Notes: generated by a model not told the origin, from the sequence alone. Positions 21,091 through 31,613 are shown, counted from the first letter of the stretch. The stretch is 64,000 nt of DNA from an uncultured Desulfosarcina sp. (GCF_963664155.2 NZ_CAXXXH010000002.1:464189-528188); one strand, 5' to 3'. A program made the numbers and translations.

Positions 21091-22413
21091 TTGACTGAAT
21101 TCCTGCCTAATTACCAACTCGATAGAGAGACGTTCAACCGTAAACTCAACTGGTTGATGTCCATACGCTTTTTATTCGCTTTATTGCTGCTGGGGTCAAC
21201 CATAGCCTATCAGATCGCTAACCAGTTCGATTCACAAGAAACACCTGTCGGTTTTCTATACGGATTGTCTGGCTCAATAATAGTTTTATCTGCGGTTTAT
21301 GGCATTCTTCTGCCAATCCTAAAGCGGTACCAACTTTTTATAATATATGGCCAGATCATTATCGATACCTTGTGCATCACCCTGATCATTTTTGTGACGG
21401 GAGGGTATTTCAGTGTATTTTCATTTTTATACCTTGTGGTTGTTATCTATTCCAGTGTGTTTGTTTTTAAACGGGGGAGCCTTCTGGTAGCAGTGTTCTG
21501 CAGTTTCCAATTTGCCGTGCTGCTGATTCTGGAATTAAATGGTTTCTTTAATTCTTTCGGCTACAGTGGCTCCACTTTCGGTTCAACCATAACGGCTATT
21601 CAGGTTTTTCAAAAATGTGTCATTATGACGGCTGCGTGTTTTTCGGTGGCATTTTTGAGTGGTTATCTGTCTGACCAGGAACGACAGTCCAAGGCCGAGC
21701 TGGTAGCCATGGAAGCCCATCTCGGCAGGGTTCAAAACCTGGCGCAGATCGGTGAGATGGCTGCCGGGCTGGCCCACGAAATCAAAAACCCGCTGGCTTC
21801 ATTATCGGGCGCCATACAGATCCTTAAAGGTGAAATGGAAAACAACAAGGACAATATGCGGTTGGTGCACATTGTCCTCAGAGAAACTGAACGATTGAGT
21901 AGTTTGGTCAACAATTTCCTTACTTTTGCCAGGCCGTCGGCCGGCCAGACCGAATGTGTCAATTTGGGGGAGGCCTTGGCTGAAATTGTAACGCTTTTTG
22001 AAAAAGACAATTCAGTCGGTCAACGGGTAAAGGTAGATTTAAACATAATATCAGATGCATATATTGAGATTGACCCCCTTCAGCTTCGTCAGGTGGTCTG
22101 GAATCTGCTATTGAATGGGGCTGAATCCATTAATAACGGAGGCAGAATAAAGATATCTGTACAGAAGCTTAAAAACGAAAGGATCATGGTTGAGGTTGCC
22201 GATAATGGTTGTGGTATGGATGAACGGACGGTAAAATTAATGTTTAATCCATTTTTCACGACAAAACCCAGCGGAACGGGTCTCGGTCTTTCCATCGTAT
22301 ATCGAATTCTGGAAACTTATGACTGCCGAATGGATGTGCAGAGTAAACTGGGCCAGGGCAGTATTTTTACCATGTACTTCAAACCGGTTGATCCCATCTT
22401 GAGGCCGCAATAA
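21091..22413 (+). CDS. pilS: Membrane sensor histidine kinase, PilS-like
   Basis: About six N-terminal TM segments including TGGYFSVFSFLY; H-box LAHEIKNPL; N-box QVVWNLLLN; DNGCG, PFFTTK, GTGLGL; follows pilC. Confidence 0.8.
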   Translation: MTEFLPNYQLDRETFNRKLNWLMSIRFLFALLLLGSTIAYQIANQFDSQETPVGFLYGLSGSIIVLSAVYGILLPILKRYQLFIIYGQIIIDTLCITLIIFVTGGYFSVFSFLYLVVVIYSSVFVFKRGSLLVAVFCSFQFAVLLILELNGFFNSFGYSGSTFGSTITAIQVFQKCVIMTAACFSVAFLSGYLSDQERQSKAELVAMEAHLGRVQNLAQIGEMAAGLAHEIKNPLASLSGAIQILKGEMENNKDNMRLVHIVLRETERLSSLVNNFLTFARPSAGQTECVNLGEALAEIVTLFEKDNSVGQRVKVDLNIISDAYIEIDPLQLRQVVWNLLLNGAESINNGGRIKISVQKLKNERIMVEVADNGCGMDERTVKLMFNPFFTTKPSGTGLGLSIVYRILETYDCRMDVQSKLGQGSIFTMYFKPVDPILRPQ

Positions 22414-22768
22414 AAATCGTTCAATGATTTAACCCTATATCCCAAATGTCTATTTGCTTCCACCCGTTATTAGCTCTTCGCCTCAAATCCTCGACATGTT
22501 TCAGCCTGCTTTCAGCGGGTAATTCGAATCCGCAGCGATCCTGGAAATAATCGTAATTTTTTGAAGCTGGCATCATTTGTTTACAAAAGTGCATCACCTT
22601 TGTTCTATGGTGTGTACTATATTTTGTACATTTTTTTCGTAGTTCAATTTTTTTTAAAGCCTAACCTAAGATGCCAACAATAAAAGAACGACTAAAAAAT
22701 ATTTAATTACGGCAACCTAAATCGTAACCATGGCATTCGGAATATTCAAAATGGGGTTCCTTATTATT

Positions 22769-22786
22769 TTGGTATGGTATGTGCTT
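22769..22786 (+). promoter_or_regulatory. Candidate sigma54 promoter upstream of the riboswitch
   Basis: TTGGTATGGTATGTGCTT (GG-N10-GC); the predicted start near 22796 is just 5' of the aptamer. Confidence 0.45.
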
Positions 22787-22820
22787 AAAAAATTTTAACG
22801 TTTTTTGAAAAGTAAATTGC

Positions 22821-22907
22821 TCGATAAAGGCAAAACATCCGAAAGGGTGTGACGCAAAGCCAACGGCCTGAAACCAGAAGCTCTGGAAATGGCGGCAGGG
22901 CTGCCGA
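22821..22907 (+). ncRNA. Cyclic di-GMP-I (GEMM) riboswitch
   Basis: GGCAAA-acatcc-GAAA-gggtgt-GACGCAAAGC...GGCCTGAA...ATGGCGGC-AGGGCTGCCG, in a 5' UTR position. Confidence 0.92.
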
Positions 22908-22972
22908 GCGAACACAGCATCTCTCAAATCCGCTGTTGGTCGCAAGGCATATCATAGTTTGGGAGATGCAAA

Positions 22973-24856
22973 ATGAAACTATCCACGCGATCCTTTCTGA
23001 AGATCTTATTCACTTCGGTTGCAATCATTACCTTCGGTGTTTCGTTTGCTCTCAGTGCAAATGTAACCCTGATGTGGGATGCCAACGATCCGGCACCGGA
23101 AGGATACCGGGTTTTCGCCCGTGAAGGCAGCCAGAGCTACAACTACGATTATCCTCTCTGGGAAGACAACCTTACCACCTGCACCCTGACCGGTCTTACT
23201 GAAGGGGTCACCTATCATTTCGTCGTTCGTGCATTCGATGGCGATCTGGAAAGCGCCGACTCTGAAGAAGTTTCCTACACTCCCGCCGCTGTTGTACTCA
23301 ACCAGGCCCCCATGGCCGTTGCCGGACAGAATCAATCCGTCGATGAAGGCACATCGGTAACCCTGGATGGCTCCGGTTCCAACGACACGGATGGTACGAT
23401 TGTCGGTTATCAATGGGTGCAGACCGGTGGAGCGGGAATATCCATTAATAATGCCGCCAGTGCGCAGGCATCGTTTACCGCACCGGTTGTCGGCATCGAT
23501 GGCGACACGTTGACTTTCAGCCTGACGGTTACCGATGACGACGGAAGCAGCTCGGTTTCAACCACGACTGTCAGCGTGCTCAAGTCCTCGAGTACCGATG
23601 TCGACGGAGACAATGTGCCTGATGTCCTGGACCGGTTCCCCAACGACCCCAATGAATGGGCGGACAACGATAGCGACGGAACGGGCGACAATCAGGATCC
23701 GGACGATGATAATGACGGGATGACCGATGTCTGGGAAATCACCTATGGGCTGGATCCGCTCATCAATGATTCCGCACTGGATGCGGATGGCGATGGCGTG
23801 ACCAATCTGGCTGAGTTTCAGGCGGATAGCAATCCGACGACCGCTCCGGCCAACACGGCTCCGGATGCACCGGTTATTGATGGGGTTGCCCAGATCGAGC
23901 GTGTTGGGCTTACGCCCGTGCTTGTTTCCGGGGCTTACTTTGACGTGGACAATGATGACCACTATCAATCGCAGTGGCAGATCAGTACGGATTCAGATTT
24001 TTCGACGCTCATTTTGGATGAAACCAGCGAGACGCAGCTGACGGCTTATACCGTCGGTGAAATGGTGCTGGATGCCGATACCGTTTACTCTTGGCGGGTA
24101 AAATTCATCGACGCCCGCAATGGCGCATCGGATTGGTCCCAAACCTCAACTTTTACGACTATCGCTGCCGACACTGCGGGTGATGCGAATATCGATGGTA
24201 TCCCGGACGCTCAGGAGGTCGATGGGTCGACGGATGTTAACGAAAACGGAACTCCCGATTCCCTTGAAGACAACATCATGAGTGTTAATACGATAGAGGG
24301 TCAAACCATCGTCGGTGTCGAAACCGTTTCCGATAATGTCACTCTGGTTTCGATTAAATCGCTGTCTACTGAAGCGATTCCCGACAAATCGGTGAAGATG
24401 GGATTCGGCCTGATTGGTTTCAAACTATATCTGCAAAATGGGGCAAAGACCGCGACGGTGAAAATTCATTTTTCAACCAGGGTCCCCAAAGATGCGCAGT
24501 TGTACAAATACGTCACCGACAGCGGATGGCAGGTATATGAGAATGCGGCTTTTGCCAAAAACGGAAAAAGTGTAACCGTATTGCTCGAAGATGGCGGCAT
24601 GGGCGATGAGGATGGAATCGAAAATGGGGTGATTGTGGACCCTGCCGGCATTGCTTACACTGATTCCGAAACTTCCGACAGCGCCTCTTTGTCAACGGGG
24701 GGGACTTCCTCATCTGATAGTGGCGGCAGTTGTTTTATCTCAACAGGAACCAACGATTTGAGAGCTCTTGATTCTATTTCGTCACATGCAGTCCTGTTGC
24801 TGGGTGTTTTACTGGGTGCGGGAATCCTTTTCGCCGCAGCCATTTCTGACAAATAG
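22973..24856 (+). CDS. Secreted/surface protein: FN3, PKD/Ig-like, Asp-rich thrombospondin-type-3-like repeats, choice-of-anchor U-like domain, GGSCFI + TM C-terminal sorting signal
   Basis: Signal peptide; VTLMWD...YHFVVRA; VTLDGSGSNDTDG; DxDxDG repeats; EDGGMGDEDG...GVIVDPAG; SGGSCFIST followed by a hydrophobic tail. Confidence 0.85.
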   Translation: MKLSTRSFLKILFTSVAIITFGVSFALSANVTLMWDANDPAPEGYRVFAREGSQSYNYDYPLWEDNLTTCTLTGLTEGVTYHFVVRAFDGDLESADSEEVSYTPAAVVLNQAPMAVAGQNQSVDEGTSVTLDGSGSNDTDGTIVGYQWVQTGGAGISINNAASAQASFTAPVVGIDGDTLTFSLTVTDDDGSSSVSTTTVSVLKSSSTDVDGDNVPDVLDRFPNDPNEWADNDSDGTGDNQDPDDDNDGMTDVWEITYGLDPLINDSALDADGDGVTNLAEFQADSNPTTAPANTAPDAPVIDGVAQIERVGLTPVLVSGAYFDVDNDDHYQSQWQISTDSDFSTLILDETSETQLTAYTVGEMVLDADTVYSWRVKFIDARNGASDWSQTSTFTTIAADTAGDANIDGIPDAQEVDGSTDVNENGTPDSLEDNIMSVNTIEGQTIVGVETVSDNVTLVSIKSLSTEAIPDKSVKMGFGLIGFKLYLQNGAKTATVKIHFSTRVPKDAQLYKYVTDSGWQVYENAAFAKNGKSVTVLLEDGGMGDEDGIENGVIVDPAGIAYTDSETSDSASLSTGGTSSSDSGGSCFISTGTNDLRALDSISSHAVLLLGVLLGAGILFAAAISDK

Positions 24857-24874
24857 AAAGCAGCTACTAAATTA

Positions 24875-26341
24875 GTCGGTCCTGAAAAAGCGTTTATCTA
24901 ATAGAAATTATTGGTAAAAATATCTGTTTTGTGCTATATGATTTGCAGGATTTCAAGCAGTTAAACCCACTTTCCTTGCAAATTATAGCCATGAAACCCA
25001 GACAATCTCCCCACAAAAACAGGCAACGGGATTTGTTTCGTCCGGAACTCGTGAAGATTGTCGATCCCAGCCATGGTCTGGTCAAACTGGCCAAGTTCGT
25101 CGATTGGGATCGCATGGACGAACTGTTCGGCACAACCTACTGCCCGGATAACGGCCGGCCGGGCGTCAATACCCGTCTGATGGTAGCCCTGCACTACCTG
25201 AAATTCTCATTCAACCTAAGCGATGACGATGTCGTCGCCGGGTGGGTGGAAAATCCCTACTGGCAGTATCTGAGCGGGATGCAGTTTTTCGAGCACGATC
25301 CGCCGATCGATTCGTCCAGCATGACCCGGTGGCGCAAGCGCATCGGTGAAGCCGGTGCGGAAGAACTGCTCAAGGAAACCATCGCTGCCGGGTTGAAGCT
25401 TAAGGTGGTCAAGTCCCATCAACTCAAACGGGTGAATGTGGATACGACGGTCCAGGAAAAAGACATTCGTTTTCCGACCGATGCCCGTTTGTATCATCGC
25501 GCCCGGCAGCGACTGGTCGATGCGGCCAAGCAGCGTGATCTCCCGCTGCGCCAGAACTACAACCGCAATGCCAAACACCTGTTGGCCCAGCAAAGCCGCT
25601 ACGCCCATGCCCGACAGATGAATCGCGCCAGACGCTGCACCCGAAAACTGAAAACCTACCTGGGGCGGGTCATTCGTGACATCGAGCGTAAATGCCCGCA
25701 CCCCGATGAGCAATTGCAGTCCCTGTTAGCCATCGCCTCCCGCATTTTTCATCAACAGCGCAAAGACAAGAAAAAGATCTACAGCGTCCACGAACCGGCA
25801 GTCGAGTGCATCAGCAAAGGCAAAGCCCACAAGCGGTACGAGTTCGGCTGCAAGGTCAGCGTCGCGGCAACGAGTCGCGGGGGATGGTTCGTGGGTGCCA
25901 AGGCGATTCACGGCAACCCTTACGACGGTCACACCCTGAAAGACGCCCTCAGCCAGATCGAACGCATTGCCCGGCCTCCGGAGCATGTGTTTGTAGATAT
26001 GGGATACCGCGGCCATGGTTACACTGGAGAGGTCAATGTCCACGTGGACAAGCGCAGGCGTGGTCGAACCGCCAAAAGCCTGTGGCGCTGGATGAAACGT
26101 CGAGCCGCCGTGGAACCTGGCATCGGGCATTTGAAACAGGAACATCGCATGGACCGATGCCGTCTCAAAGGCACTGTTGGCGATTGCCTCAACGCAATCT
26201 TCAGCGCCGCCGGCATGAACTTCAGAAAGCTGCTGCGGCTGGCAGCCGACATTTTGCGCCTGATTTACTTCTGGGTTTCATTTTGTCAAAGATCAGAGGT
26301 TCCAGTAGGTATGGCCGTGTAGCGGCTTTTTCAGCACCGAC
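24875..26341 (+). mobile_element. IS5-family element (about 1467 bp)
   Basis: IRs gtcggtcctgaaaaag / gtcggtgctgaaaaag; direct repeat TAAATTA at 24868-24874 and 26342-26348. Confidence 0.9.
24991..26322 (+). CDS. IS5-family transposase
   Basis: ENPYWQY, VDTTVQEK, FPTD, KRYEFGCK, NPYDG, VDMGYRG, RRAAVEPGIGHLK. Confidence 0.93.
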   Translation: MKPRQSPHKNRQRDLFRPELVKIVDPSHGLVKLAKFVDWDRMDELFGTTYCPDNGRPGVNTRLMVALHYLKFSFNLSDDDVVAGWVENPYWQYLSGMQFFEHDPPIDSSSMTRWRKRIGEAGAEELLKETIAAGLKLKVVKSHQLKRVNVDTTVQEKDIRFPTDARLYHRARQRLVDAAKQRDLPLRQNYNRNAKHLLAQQSRYAHARQMNRARRCTRKLKTYLGRVIRDIERKCPHPDEQLQSLLAIASRIFHQQRKDKKKIYSVHEPAVECISKGKAHKRYEFGCKVSVAATSRGGWFVGAKAIHGNPYDGHTLKDALSQIERIARPPEHVFVDMGYRGHGYTGEVNVHVDKRRRGRTAKSLWRWMKRRAAVEPGIGHLKQEHRMDRCRLKGTVGDCLNAIFSAAGMNFRKLLRLAADILRLIYFWVSFCQRSEVPVGMAV

Positions 26342-26398
26342 TAAATTATCGGGATCAGAAACGAAGTTGAAAGCATCCCCGCCCACCAATCGATCAAG

Positions 26399-26430
26399 GA
26401 CACCTCTGATGCACCGTTGTCAGGGGTGTC
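26399..26430. terminator. Hairpin between convergent genes, probable terminator
   Basis: gacacctctga-N10-tcaggggtgtc. Confidence 0.5.
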
Positions 26431-26595
26431 GCATTCTTACAACACCTGACAGCTGGGTTACCCGAAACACAACGGTCAACATGCTATTCATCCCAAAATC
26501 GTTTCAGCGTATAGCGGGTGATGTATTTGATAGCGAATAAAGTTTTTGTGCAGGCGATTTTCCGGTTGTAACGGGAGGATAGTGAACATAGTCCG

Positions 26596-27723
26596 TCAGA
26601 TTAGATCCAATGCAATTTGGGCGACCCGGTCTGAGGCTCCGGCACCGCCAAGAAGGTCTCTAATGCGAACCAGTTCCTTTTCTATCTGCTTTAACCTGTC
26701 CGGATCGTTGATCATGGCGGTTACCTTATCTGCGATGATTTGGGGCGATGCATCGTCCTGGATCAACTCTGGCTGAAGTTCTTTTTTAACGATGAGGTTG
26801 GCGATGCCGATATGCTTTACCTTTATGAGCCGTTTGCCAATCCAATAACTCAATGGAGAGACTTTATATATGATGACCGTTGGAATGCCATAAAGTGCGG
26901 CCTCCAATGTGACTGTACCTGAAGCCGCCACCAGGATCCGGCTCTGTTGGAATACCTTAATAATTGAGCCGTTCACGATCTCTGCTTCAAGCGTCGGCGC
27001 ATATTGACTGACGACATCCAAGACCAATTCCATATTAATGGATTCAGCACATGAAACCATGAACCTTGAAGTCGGTAGGAATTGCTTTATAATTTTGGCG
27101 GCTTCGAGCATAACGGGAAGCAGGGTAGACACTTCTTTTTCTCTCGACCCGGGAAGCAGACCAATGACCGGTTCGTTGAGATGTGTCGTCGCTGATTGAC
27201 GGTCAGGTACCGGCAGAATCCCGTCCAACAGAGGGTGGCCCACAAAAGTGACCGGTACATGGTGCTTACAGTAAAACGCTGCTTCGAATGGAAGAATCAC
27301 GGCCATGTGGTCGACCAACCGTTTGATTTTATGGACCCGGTTTTGGCGCCATGCCCAGATTTGGGGGCTGATGTAATATAAAACCGGAATGTTAAGCTTC
27401 TTCGCGACAGCGGCAATATGAAAGTTGAAGTCGGGAAAATCGATTAAAATCAGAAGATTCGGTTTAAGCTTGTTCAGGGCTTTTTTTACGATTGCCATGG
27501 CCTGGTAAATCTTCGGCAGTTTGGCAAGCACCTCTGTGATCCCCATCACGGAGAGCGTCTTGCAATCGACAAGAATCTTGACGCCTTCTGTCTTCATGGC
27601 GATTCCGCCGACGCCAAAGAGGATCGTGTCGGTGGATCGGTTATTTATGGCATGGGCCAGTTTTGCACCGTGCACGTCCCCCGATGCTTCACCCGCAATG
27701 ATCATGATGGACTTTGGAGACAT
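26596..27723 (-). CDS. lpxB: Lipid-A-disaccharide synthase
   Basis: AGEASGD, IDFPDFN, SPQIWAWR, LPGSR, SGTVTLE. Confidence 0.96.
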   Translation of the reverse strand: MSPKSIMIIAGEASGDVHGAKLAHAINNRSTDTILFGVGGIAMKTEGVKILVDCKTLSVMGITEVLAKLPKIYQAMAIVKKALNKLKPNLLILIDFPDFNFHIAAVAKKLNIPVLYYISPQIWAWRQNRVHKIKRLVDHMAVILPFEAAFYCKHHVPVTFVGHPLLDGILPVPDRQSATTHLNEPVIGLLPGSREKEVSTLLPVMLEAAKIIKQFLPTSRFMVSCAESINMELVLDVVSQYAPTLEAEIVNGSIIKVFQQSRILVAASGTVTLEAALYGIPTVIIYKVSPLSYWIGKRLIKVKHIGIANLIVKKELQPELIQDDASPQIIADKVTAMINDPDRLKQIEKELVRIRDLLGGAGASDRVAQIALDLI

Positions 27724-27765
27724 TGGATAAAATTTTTCGCCTCAACACGTAAGGTGATGGCTGGC

Positions 27766-27910
27766 TTATTGAATTTGCGCCACGATTTTCAGCGGTTTTC
27801 AGGTGGTCACGATCCATCTGCCCTGTTACCAGGTGCCGGTGGCGCTGCTTTACGGATAGTATTAATGAATTCTGTTCATCAACGAGCCCATCGCCTTTTT
27901 TAACGTTCAA
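27766..27910 (-). pseudogene. Probable 3' remnant of a Gfo/Idh/MocA (GnnA-like) oxidoreductase
   Basis: KKGDGLVDEQNSLILSVKQR...VTGQMDRDHLKTA, then LKIVAQIQ* after a frameshift. Resembles the recalled C-terminal pattern D.L..E...F...V.......V.G..G..AL..A..I...I. Confidence 0.5.
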
Positions 27911-27933
27911 TTCCGAAGCATTTTTTACATACC

Positions 27934-28737
27934 CTATTCGCAGATGATTGCAATATTGTTTTCGTTGGCCGCGCGGATCATTTCGAGACGATCAAAAACA
28001 ACGGTCCGGTCGGCCTCTATGGCAAGGACGCCAACATCGTATTGGCTCATGGTTTCGATTGTTTTCACCCCTACCGAGGGAACATCGAAACGAAAATCCT
28101 GGTTCGGCTTGCAGACTTTGACCAAGACAGCCTCACCCTTACCCAACTGACCGCCCCGTTGGATCGTGGCGTCGGTTCCGTCGATGGCCTCAACAGCGAG
28201 GATCGATCCACCGCCAACAACCACGCTTTGTCCGATGTCTAAACGGCCAATTTCCTTTGCTACGGAAAATCCCATGGCGATGTCTTTCTTTTCTGATTGG
28301 GACGGTTTTCTGTTCGTCCAGACACCTTTTGTGGCGAGCAATTCCGGCAAGAGAAAAGTTGAGGGCTCGATTTTGATATGTTCCTTTTCAAGACTGTCCG
28401 CAAAGGCGCGCATAATGGCATCATCGTGGGTGTTTCGCATTCCAGCAATGATAGATATGGCTTTCATATCTGGCTTCACATCAGTAAATAGTCGCGTCTT
28501 GCGAACGGCGCCTAACATCACTGCGCGGTTGACGCCATTTTGCTTGAAAAACTTGATGAGCCGTTTCACCTGACCCAGATGCAGCCATTGAATCTTTTCC
28601 GACAAGCGGGTGAGTTCTTGGTCTGCTTCGTTAAGGTATGCGACAGTGTATACAGAGAACCCATTTTTTAATGCGGCTTTAGAAAAAAGTACCGGGAACT
28701 GGCCGCTTCCCGCTATGAGTCCAATCTTTTCATTCAT
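27934..28737 (-). CDS. lpxI: UDP-2,3-diacylglucosamine diphosphatase LpxI
   Basis: GLIAGSGQFP, LDIGQSVVV, AVEAIDGTD, KPNQDFRFDVP. Confidence 0.93.
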   Translation of the reverse strand: MNEKIGLIAGSGQFPVLFSKAALKNGFSVYTVAYLNEADQELTRLSEKIQWLHLGQVKRLIKFFKQNGVNRAVMLGAVRKTRLFTDVKPDMKAISIIAGMRNTHDDAIMRAFADSLEKEHIKIEPSTFLLPELLATKGVWTNRKPSQSEKKDIAMGFSVAKEIGRLDIGQSVVVGGGSILAVEAIDGTDATIQRGGQLGKGEAVLVKVCKPNQDFRFDVPSVGVKTIETMSQYDVGVLAIEADRTVVFDRLEMIRAANENNIAIICE

Positions 28738-28784
28738 TGAATGGGCAGACTTTTATTTGAGACCTGATCTATTGAAAAATAGAA

Positions 28785-29567
28785 TTATCGTGTCACTCCT
28801 CGGGAGGATGCTTTGATAAATCCGATGAAGGTTTCAACTTCAGGCACCATTTCCACTTCAGCATTTACGCGTTCAATGGCTTCGTTCAGGGTCAACCCAT
28901 ATCGAAACAGTATTCGGTAGGTCTTTTTCAATGCGGAAAGTGTTTGGTCAGAAAAACCATAACGTTTGAGGCCAACGCGGTTGAGGCCATGTAAAATGGC
29001 CCGATCACCGGCAGCAATGACATAAGGCGGTACGTCCTTGACCACGGCTGATTTACCGCCTACAAAGGCATGATTGCCAATTCGGACAAACTGGTGGATG
29101 GCCACCAGGCCACCGACAGTGGCATGATCGCCAATGGTGATATGACCTGCCAATGTGGCATTGTTGGCCAGAATCACCATTTTGCCGATGCGGCAGTCGT
29201 GGGCGATGTGGGTATAGGCCATCAATAATGATTTTTCACCCACTTCCGTGATTCCACCACCCGGCTCCGTCCCGCGGTGGATGGTAACAAACTCCCTGAT
29301 GGTAACGTTTGGTCCGATTTTTACATAACTCTTTTCCCCGCCGAACTTCAGGTCCTGTGGTATGGCGCCAATGGCAGCAAATTGAAATATTCGGCATCCA
29401 GGGCCGATGATCACGTGGGGGTCAACCACCACATGAGGTCCTATCCATGTTTCTTTGCCAATAGTGACATCTTCGCCGATAATTGAGTAGGCACCGATTT
29501 TGACACCTTCTCCTATCGTTGCTTCGGGACTGACGATTGCAGTGGGATGAATCATATTAGTCTCCAT
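28785..29567 (-). CDS. lpxA: UDP-GlcNAc O-acyltransferase (start may be 29555)
   Basis: IHPTAIV, hexapeptide repeats, PQDLKF, HIAHDC, HQF. Confidence 0.96.
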   Translation of the reverse strand: METNMIHPTAIVSPEATIGEGVKIGAYSIIGEDVTIGKETWIGPHVVVDPHVIIGPGCRIFQFAAIGAIPQDLKFGGEKSYVKIGPNVTIREFVTIHRGTEPGGGITEVGEKSLLMAYTHIAHDCRIGKMVILANNATLAGHITIGDHATVGGLVAIHQFVRIGNHAFVGGKSAVVKDVPPYVIAAGDRAILHGLNRVGLKRYGFSDQTLSALKKTYRILFRYGLTLNEAIERVNAEVEMVPEVETFIGFIKASSRGVTR

Positions 29568-29997
29568 AGGCGGCCATCAACTTCGCTTCGGCGACGATTT
29601 TCCCGTCGACCTTGGCAACGCCGGCCATTTTTACGACTTTGGATCGCAGTTTCAGCATTTCAAGTTCCAGGATCAACTGATCACCGGGCACGACTGGTTT
29701 TCTGAACCGCACGTCGTCAAATCCCATGAAATAGATCAGCTTGCCTTGATTTTCCGGTGGCAGTGACTGGGTGACCAGAACACCGCCGGCTTGTCCCATG
29801 GCTTCGACAATGAGAACGCCTGGCATGATGGGGGTATCGGGAAAATGCCCCTGGAAAAAAGGTTCATTGATCGTTACATTTTTTAAGGCCACGATTCTCT
29901 TGTTTTTGACGAACTCAATCACCCGATCCACCATTAAAAAAGGATATCGGTGGGGAAGGTTCTGCATGATTGCCTTGATATCAAAGACCATTTCCAT
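29557..29997 (-). CDS. fabZ: 3-hydroxyacyl-ACP dehydratase
   Basis: [28 protein letters not shown]. Confidence 0.96.
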   Translation of the reverse strand: MEMVFDIKAIMQNLPHRYPFLMVDRVIEFVKNKRIVALKNVTINEPFFQGHFPDTPIMPGVLIVEAMGQAGGVLVTQSLPPENQGKLIYFMGFDDVRFRKPVVPGDQLILELEMLKLRSKVVKMAGVAKVDGKIVAEAKLMAAYGD

Positions 29998-30017
29998 GAG
30001 TGGACCTCCGCGTTGTT

Positions 30018-31061
30018 TCAGCGTCCCCCAACGATTTTTTCGAGATCAGCGAGCTTCTTCTCCAAGTCGGCAATTTTTTTCTTCATTTCCGGTAAGGTTG
30101 GAATGACGCGTTGTACTCTCAACCACGTCCGGTGGGGCATGGATGTGGAGCCGGATGAGACCACTTTTCCGTCTGAGATGGATTTGCCTACCCCGGTCAT
30201 TGGACCTACGGTGACATGGTTGCCGAGGGTCAGATGGCCGGAAATACCTGCCTGACCGGCAAGAATGGCGTGATGGCCGATCTTGGTGCTGCCGGCAATG
30301 CCCACCTGGGCGACAATTACGCTATCCTCACCCACAACTACATTGTGTGCGATGTGGACCAGATTGTCTGTCTTGACCCCGCGTTGAATCCATGTCCGGC
30401 CGAAAGTTGCCCGATCGATGGTGTTGCATGCACCGATTTCAACATCATCATCAATCTGAACGATGCCTATCTGTGGAATTTTGTGGTAACGCCCACCATC
30501 CGGAACGAAACCATAACCATCACTGCCAATTACCGTACCCGGATGAACCGTTACCCGGTTGCCGATCCGGCAACCGTTCATGATGGTCACATTGGGATGA
30601 ATCATTGCCTTATCTCCGATGCTTACATCATCCCCGATAAAAACACCGTTTTGAATGATCGAATCTGAACCGATTGTCACGCGATTACCTACCGTCGCAA
30701 ACGAACCGATAAATACCCTATCACCTGCCCGGAGATCACTGCCGGTGGATGACAGGTTGCTGATACCCCAAGCCGGTGGAACCGTCGGATGATACAACTC
30801 CACCACTTTGGCAAATGCCAGTTGGGGGTTGCTAACACCGATCAGGTTTTTTCCGGAGGCCTTAAACCCTTTGGGAACGAAAATGGCCCCAGCCAGGGAG
30901 TCCTCGATCCGCTTTAAATATTTAACGCCTCCTGCGAAGGTGATTTGACTGGAATCAGCTGTCTCAAAGGGCGCGACGCCGCTGATTCTTTTGTTTTTTT
31001 GGCCAACGGCTTCACCATTGGTCGCCTCGGCAATCTCTTTAAGGGAATAGTCAGTGGGCAC
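30018..31061 (-). CDS. lpxD: UDP-3-O-acylglucosamine N-acyltransferase
   Basis: [30 protein letters not shown]. Confidence 0.95.
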   Translation of the reverse strand: MPTDYSLKEIAEATNGEAVGQKNKRISGVAPFETADSSQITFAGGVKYLKRIEDSLAGAIFVPKGFKASGKNLIGVSNPQLAFAKVVELYHPTVPPAWGISNLSSTGSDLRAGDRVFIGSFATVGNRVTIGSDSIIQNGVFIGDDVSIGDKAMIHPNVTIMNGCRIGNRVTVHPGTVIGSDGYGFVPDGGRYHKIPQIGIVQIDDDVEIGACNTIDRATFGRTWIQRGVKTDNLVHIAHNVVVGEDSVIVAQVGIAGSTKIGHHAILAGQAGISGHLTLGNHVTVGPMTGVGKSISDGKVVSSGSTSMPHRTWLRVQRVIPTLPEMKKKIADLEKKLADLEKIVGGR

Positions 31062-31076
31062 TGTCGATACCTATGC

Positions 31077-31613
31077 TTACTTTTTCTTATTTTTGGCGTA
31101 CCGGGCATTGTATTGTTTAATGACTTCATCGGTAATATCGATAGTCGTTGGTGAATAGAGAACCCCGCGTTTGTCCATAACCAACAGGTAGCCTCCTGAT
31201 TTACCGATCTCATCTATGATTTCCAGCGTTTCAGATTGAAGTTCGCTCATCAACTTTTTCTGGACGCCTTGCAACTCCACCTCATATTTTTTCTGCAGGG
31301 TTTTGATATCATTGACCTTGATCCTGAACTCCCGCTCTTTCTCTTCACGCATTTCCTTGCTCATGACCAAGGCTTCACGCTCCAAGCGTTTTTTAAGTTC
31401 CTCAATTTCAGCACCTTTTTCCTTAAGTTCGGCTTCCATTTTTTTGCCATGCGCGGTGATCTCTGCCTTTATATCTTTTCCGGCGTCTGAATTTTCAAAT
31501 AGGCGTTGGAACTCTACAACCCCAATTTTAGCCACATCTGCACAAAAGCCTGATCCTCCGTAGAAGAAAATAGCTATAATCGTCAGGATTATCAATTTGC
31601 TTGCAGATCGCAT
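31077..31613 (-). CDS. skp: Skp/OmpH periplasmic chaperone
   Basis: Signal peptide from MRSASKL, KIGVVEFQ, coiled coil, DITDEVI; lies between bamA and lpxD. Confidence 0.92.
   Translation of the reverse strand: MRSASKLIILTIIAIFFYGGSGFCADVAKIGVVEFQRLFENSDAGKDIKAEITAHGKKMEAELKEKGAEIEELKKRLEREALVMSKEMREEKEREFRIKVNDIKTLQKKYEVELQGVQKKLMSELQSETLEIIDEIGKSGGYLLVMDKRGVLYSPTTIDITDEVIKQYNARYAKNKKK

Noticed and set aside
22500-22545. tRNA-like TTCGAATCC
   Set aside because: No cloverleaf or acceptor stem could be built.
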